Below, piece after piece: positions 62,515 to 64,000 of a stretch of DNA of 64,000 nt. Location of the stretch: the NCBI GenBank assembly GCA_963765765.1, contig CAVXYC010000027.1, positions 128,001 to 192,000 on the forward strand. The letters are read 5' to 3'. The position numbers and the translations under genes were made by a program. Each line of letters begins with the position of its first letter. Within the stretch, counting starts at the first letter, position 1. The stretch is from an uncultured Chloroflexia bacterium (GTDB taxonomy: Bacteria > Chloroflexota > UBA6077 > JACCZL01). The notes beneath the pieces are model-generated. The model ran no database searches. It had not been told where the DNA came from and saw only the letters and a list, made by a program, of their open reading frames with translations.

Positions 62515-63855
62515 GTGATCGATCCGCGCGCGGAATTCTGGGACGAAAAGATTGAGACAATCAGCCGCGACGAGCTTGCCAACTTGCAGCTACAAAAGCT
62601 GCAGTGGCAGGTTCAGCGCTGTTGGGATGGCTCTGAATTCTACCGCGCGCGGCTCGAGCAGGTGGGAGCCACTCCATCCGACATTCAATCGCTAGACGAC
62701 GTGCGAAAAATCCCAATCGTTACCAAGCAACAGCTACGAGATGAGCAGCTCGCCCATCCGCCCTACGGTCGGTACACAGTGGGAGCTCGAGCTAACTGGA
62801 GTGAGCTCCATCCGTCCACCGGAACAACTGGGGTCCCGGTGAGCACCATCTGGTCCCAGGCGGATTGCGAGAATATCACTCAGTTCACGGCCAGAACCAT
62901 GTGGTCATTTGGCGTGCGGCCAGGCGCCATCGTGCAGAACGCGTTCGCCTACGGATTGTGGGTGGCCGGCATGTCGGTGCACTATGCCGCCAAGCGGATG
63001 GGCTGCTTCGTCATCCCCATTGGAGCCGCGCTCACCAACAGACAGATCGATTATCTGCTGGCCGGATCCACGGTTCTTCTCGCCACCCCGTCGTACGCGC
63101 TCCACATCGCGGAAGCACTTCGGGAGCATGGCGTAGCGCCGGACGACATTACGTTGGAGCTGGGCTGCTTTGGCGGAGAGGCGGGGACGGAAAATGCGTC
63201 CACTCGCGGGAAGATCGAGCGCGGTCTCGGAATCGATGCGTATGACTACTACGGGTTGGCAGAGATCGGCCCAACCTTCGCCTCGGAATGCGTCGCAAAA
63301 GTCGGCATCCACTGGGCTGAAGACCATCATCTGATTGAGATCATCAATCCCGACACCATGGAACCATGCGCGGAGGGCGAAATTGGCGTGGTAGTCATTA
63401 CTCACCTGAGTCGCGAGGCTACCCCGATGCTTCGCTACTGGAGCAATGACTACGCTCGCTACACATCCGCACGCTGCGATTGCGGACGAACACATGGCCG
63501 CTCCCTGGGCGGCATCATGGGGCGACACGATGATCTGGTGATCTATCGCGGTGCCAAGTTCTATCCCGTGCAGGTTGAAAAGGTCGTCCGATCCTTCGGA
63601 GAGCTCTCAGACGAATTCCGCATTGAGCTCGCTCGCGATGAGAACGTCGGCACGGATCGCTGCACCGTGGTTGCTGAAGTGAACCAGGTCAGCGATGAGT
63701 CCGTCCTTGCACGATTACGTAGCGCCCTACGGGAAGAGCTCCTGGTCACGCCGGACATTCGTTTGGAACAATTCGGGACACTCGAGCGCACGACGTTCAA
63801 GGCACAGCGTATCGTGGACTTGCGACCTAAGAATGAGGGCCCGGGGCAGGCCTGA
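62515..63855 (+). CDS. Phenylacetate-CoA ligase (PaaK) family protein
   Basis: STGTTG, TPSYAL, YGLAEIG, EATPMLRY, GRHDDL, KAQRIVD; GGAGGT RBS before GTG 62515. Confidence 0.88.
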   Translation: MIDPRAEFWDEKIETISRDELANLQLQKLQWQVQRCWDGSEFYRARLEQVGATPSDIQSLDDVRKIPIVTKQQLRDEQLAHPPYGRYTVGARANWSELHPSTGTTGVPVSTIWSQADCENITQFTARTMWSFGVRPGAIVQNAFAYGLWVAGMSVHYAAKRMGCFVIPIGAALTNRQIDYLLAGSTVLLATPSYALHIAEALREHGVAPDDITLELGCFGGEAGTENASTRGKIERGLGIDAYDYYGLAEIGPTFASECVAKVGIHWAEDHHLIEIINPDTMEPCAEGEIGVVVITHLSREATPMLRYWSNDYARYTSARCDCGRTHGRSLGGIMGRHDDLVIYRGAKFYPVQVEKVVRSFGELSDEFRIELARDENVGTDRCTVVAEVNQVSDESVLARLRSALREELLVTPDIRLEQFGTLERTTFKAQRIVDLRPKNEGPGQA

Positions 63856-64000
63856 TCAAACTTGAGCTGAGCGAAACTCAGCCTTCCTGGTTTGAGAGTG
63901 GGAAATCAATGAAGCCTCGATTAGTGAGCGCATTTCAAGGTACTCCTCGCGGTTAGACTCTTAGGATGCCTTCGTCACTCCCCTCGACGCAGGTCCGGGG

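Overview
GC-rich bacterial chromosomal window, mostly core genes. Gene content and order suggest Chloroflexota (inference, not verified). From left to right: the end of an eutA-like gene followed by two paralogous bicupin genes; an ATL/Fpg DNA-repair pair; ABC transporter genes; murJ, gatD and murT; a GreA with an extra N-terminal domain; rsmG; an 11-gene nuoABCDHIJKLMN operon without nuoEFG; a divergent ubiD/ubiA/menG menaquinone block; mreB and murA; an F1Fo atp operon interrupted between atpD and atpC; a xanthine-dehydrogenase-family molybdoprotein; GT-C-like membrane glycosyltransferases; aconitase; a CobD/HisC-like PLP enzyme; a fused EtfB-EtfA; amtB; a C39 peptidase; maf; a VanW protein; folB; and an HpaB/AbfD-family flavoprotein next to a PaaK-like CoA ligase. 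About eight genes carry apparent indel frameshifts, most likely consensus errors. I saw no CRISPR array, tRNA, rRNA or transposase. Two observations stand out. First, a 28-aa motif is shared by the N-terminus of NuoC and the C-terminus of NuoI, each on a Pro/Ala linker, and is conserved in protein but synonymously diverged in DNA. Second, an unannotated 44-aa acidic ORF sits inside the atp operon with its own promoter, a CRP/FNR-type palindrome at -41.5 and a terminator.
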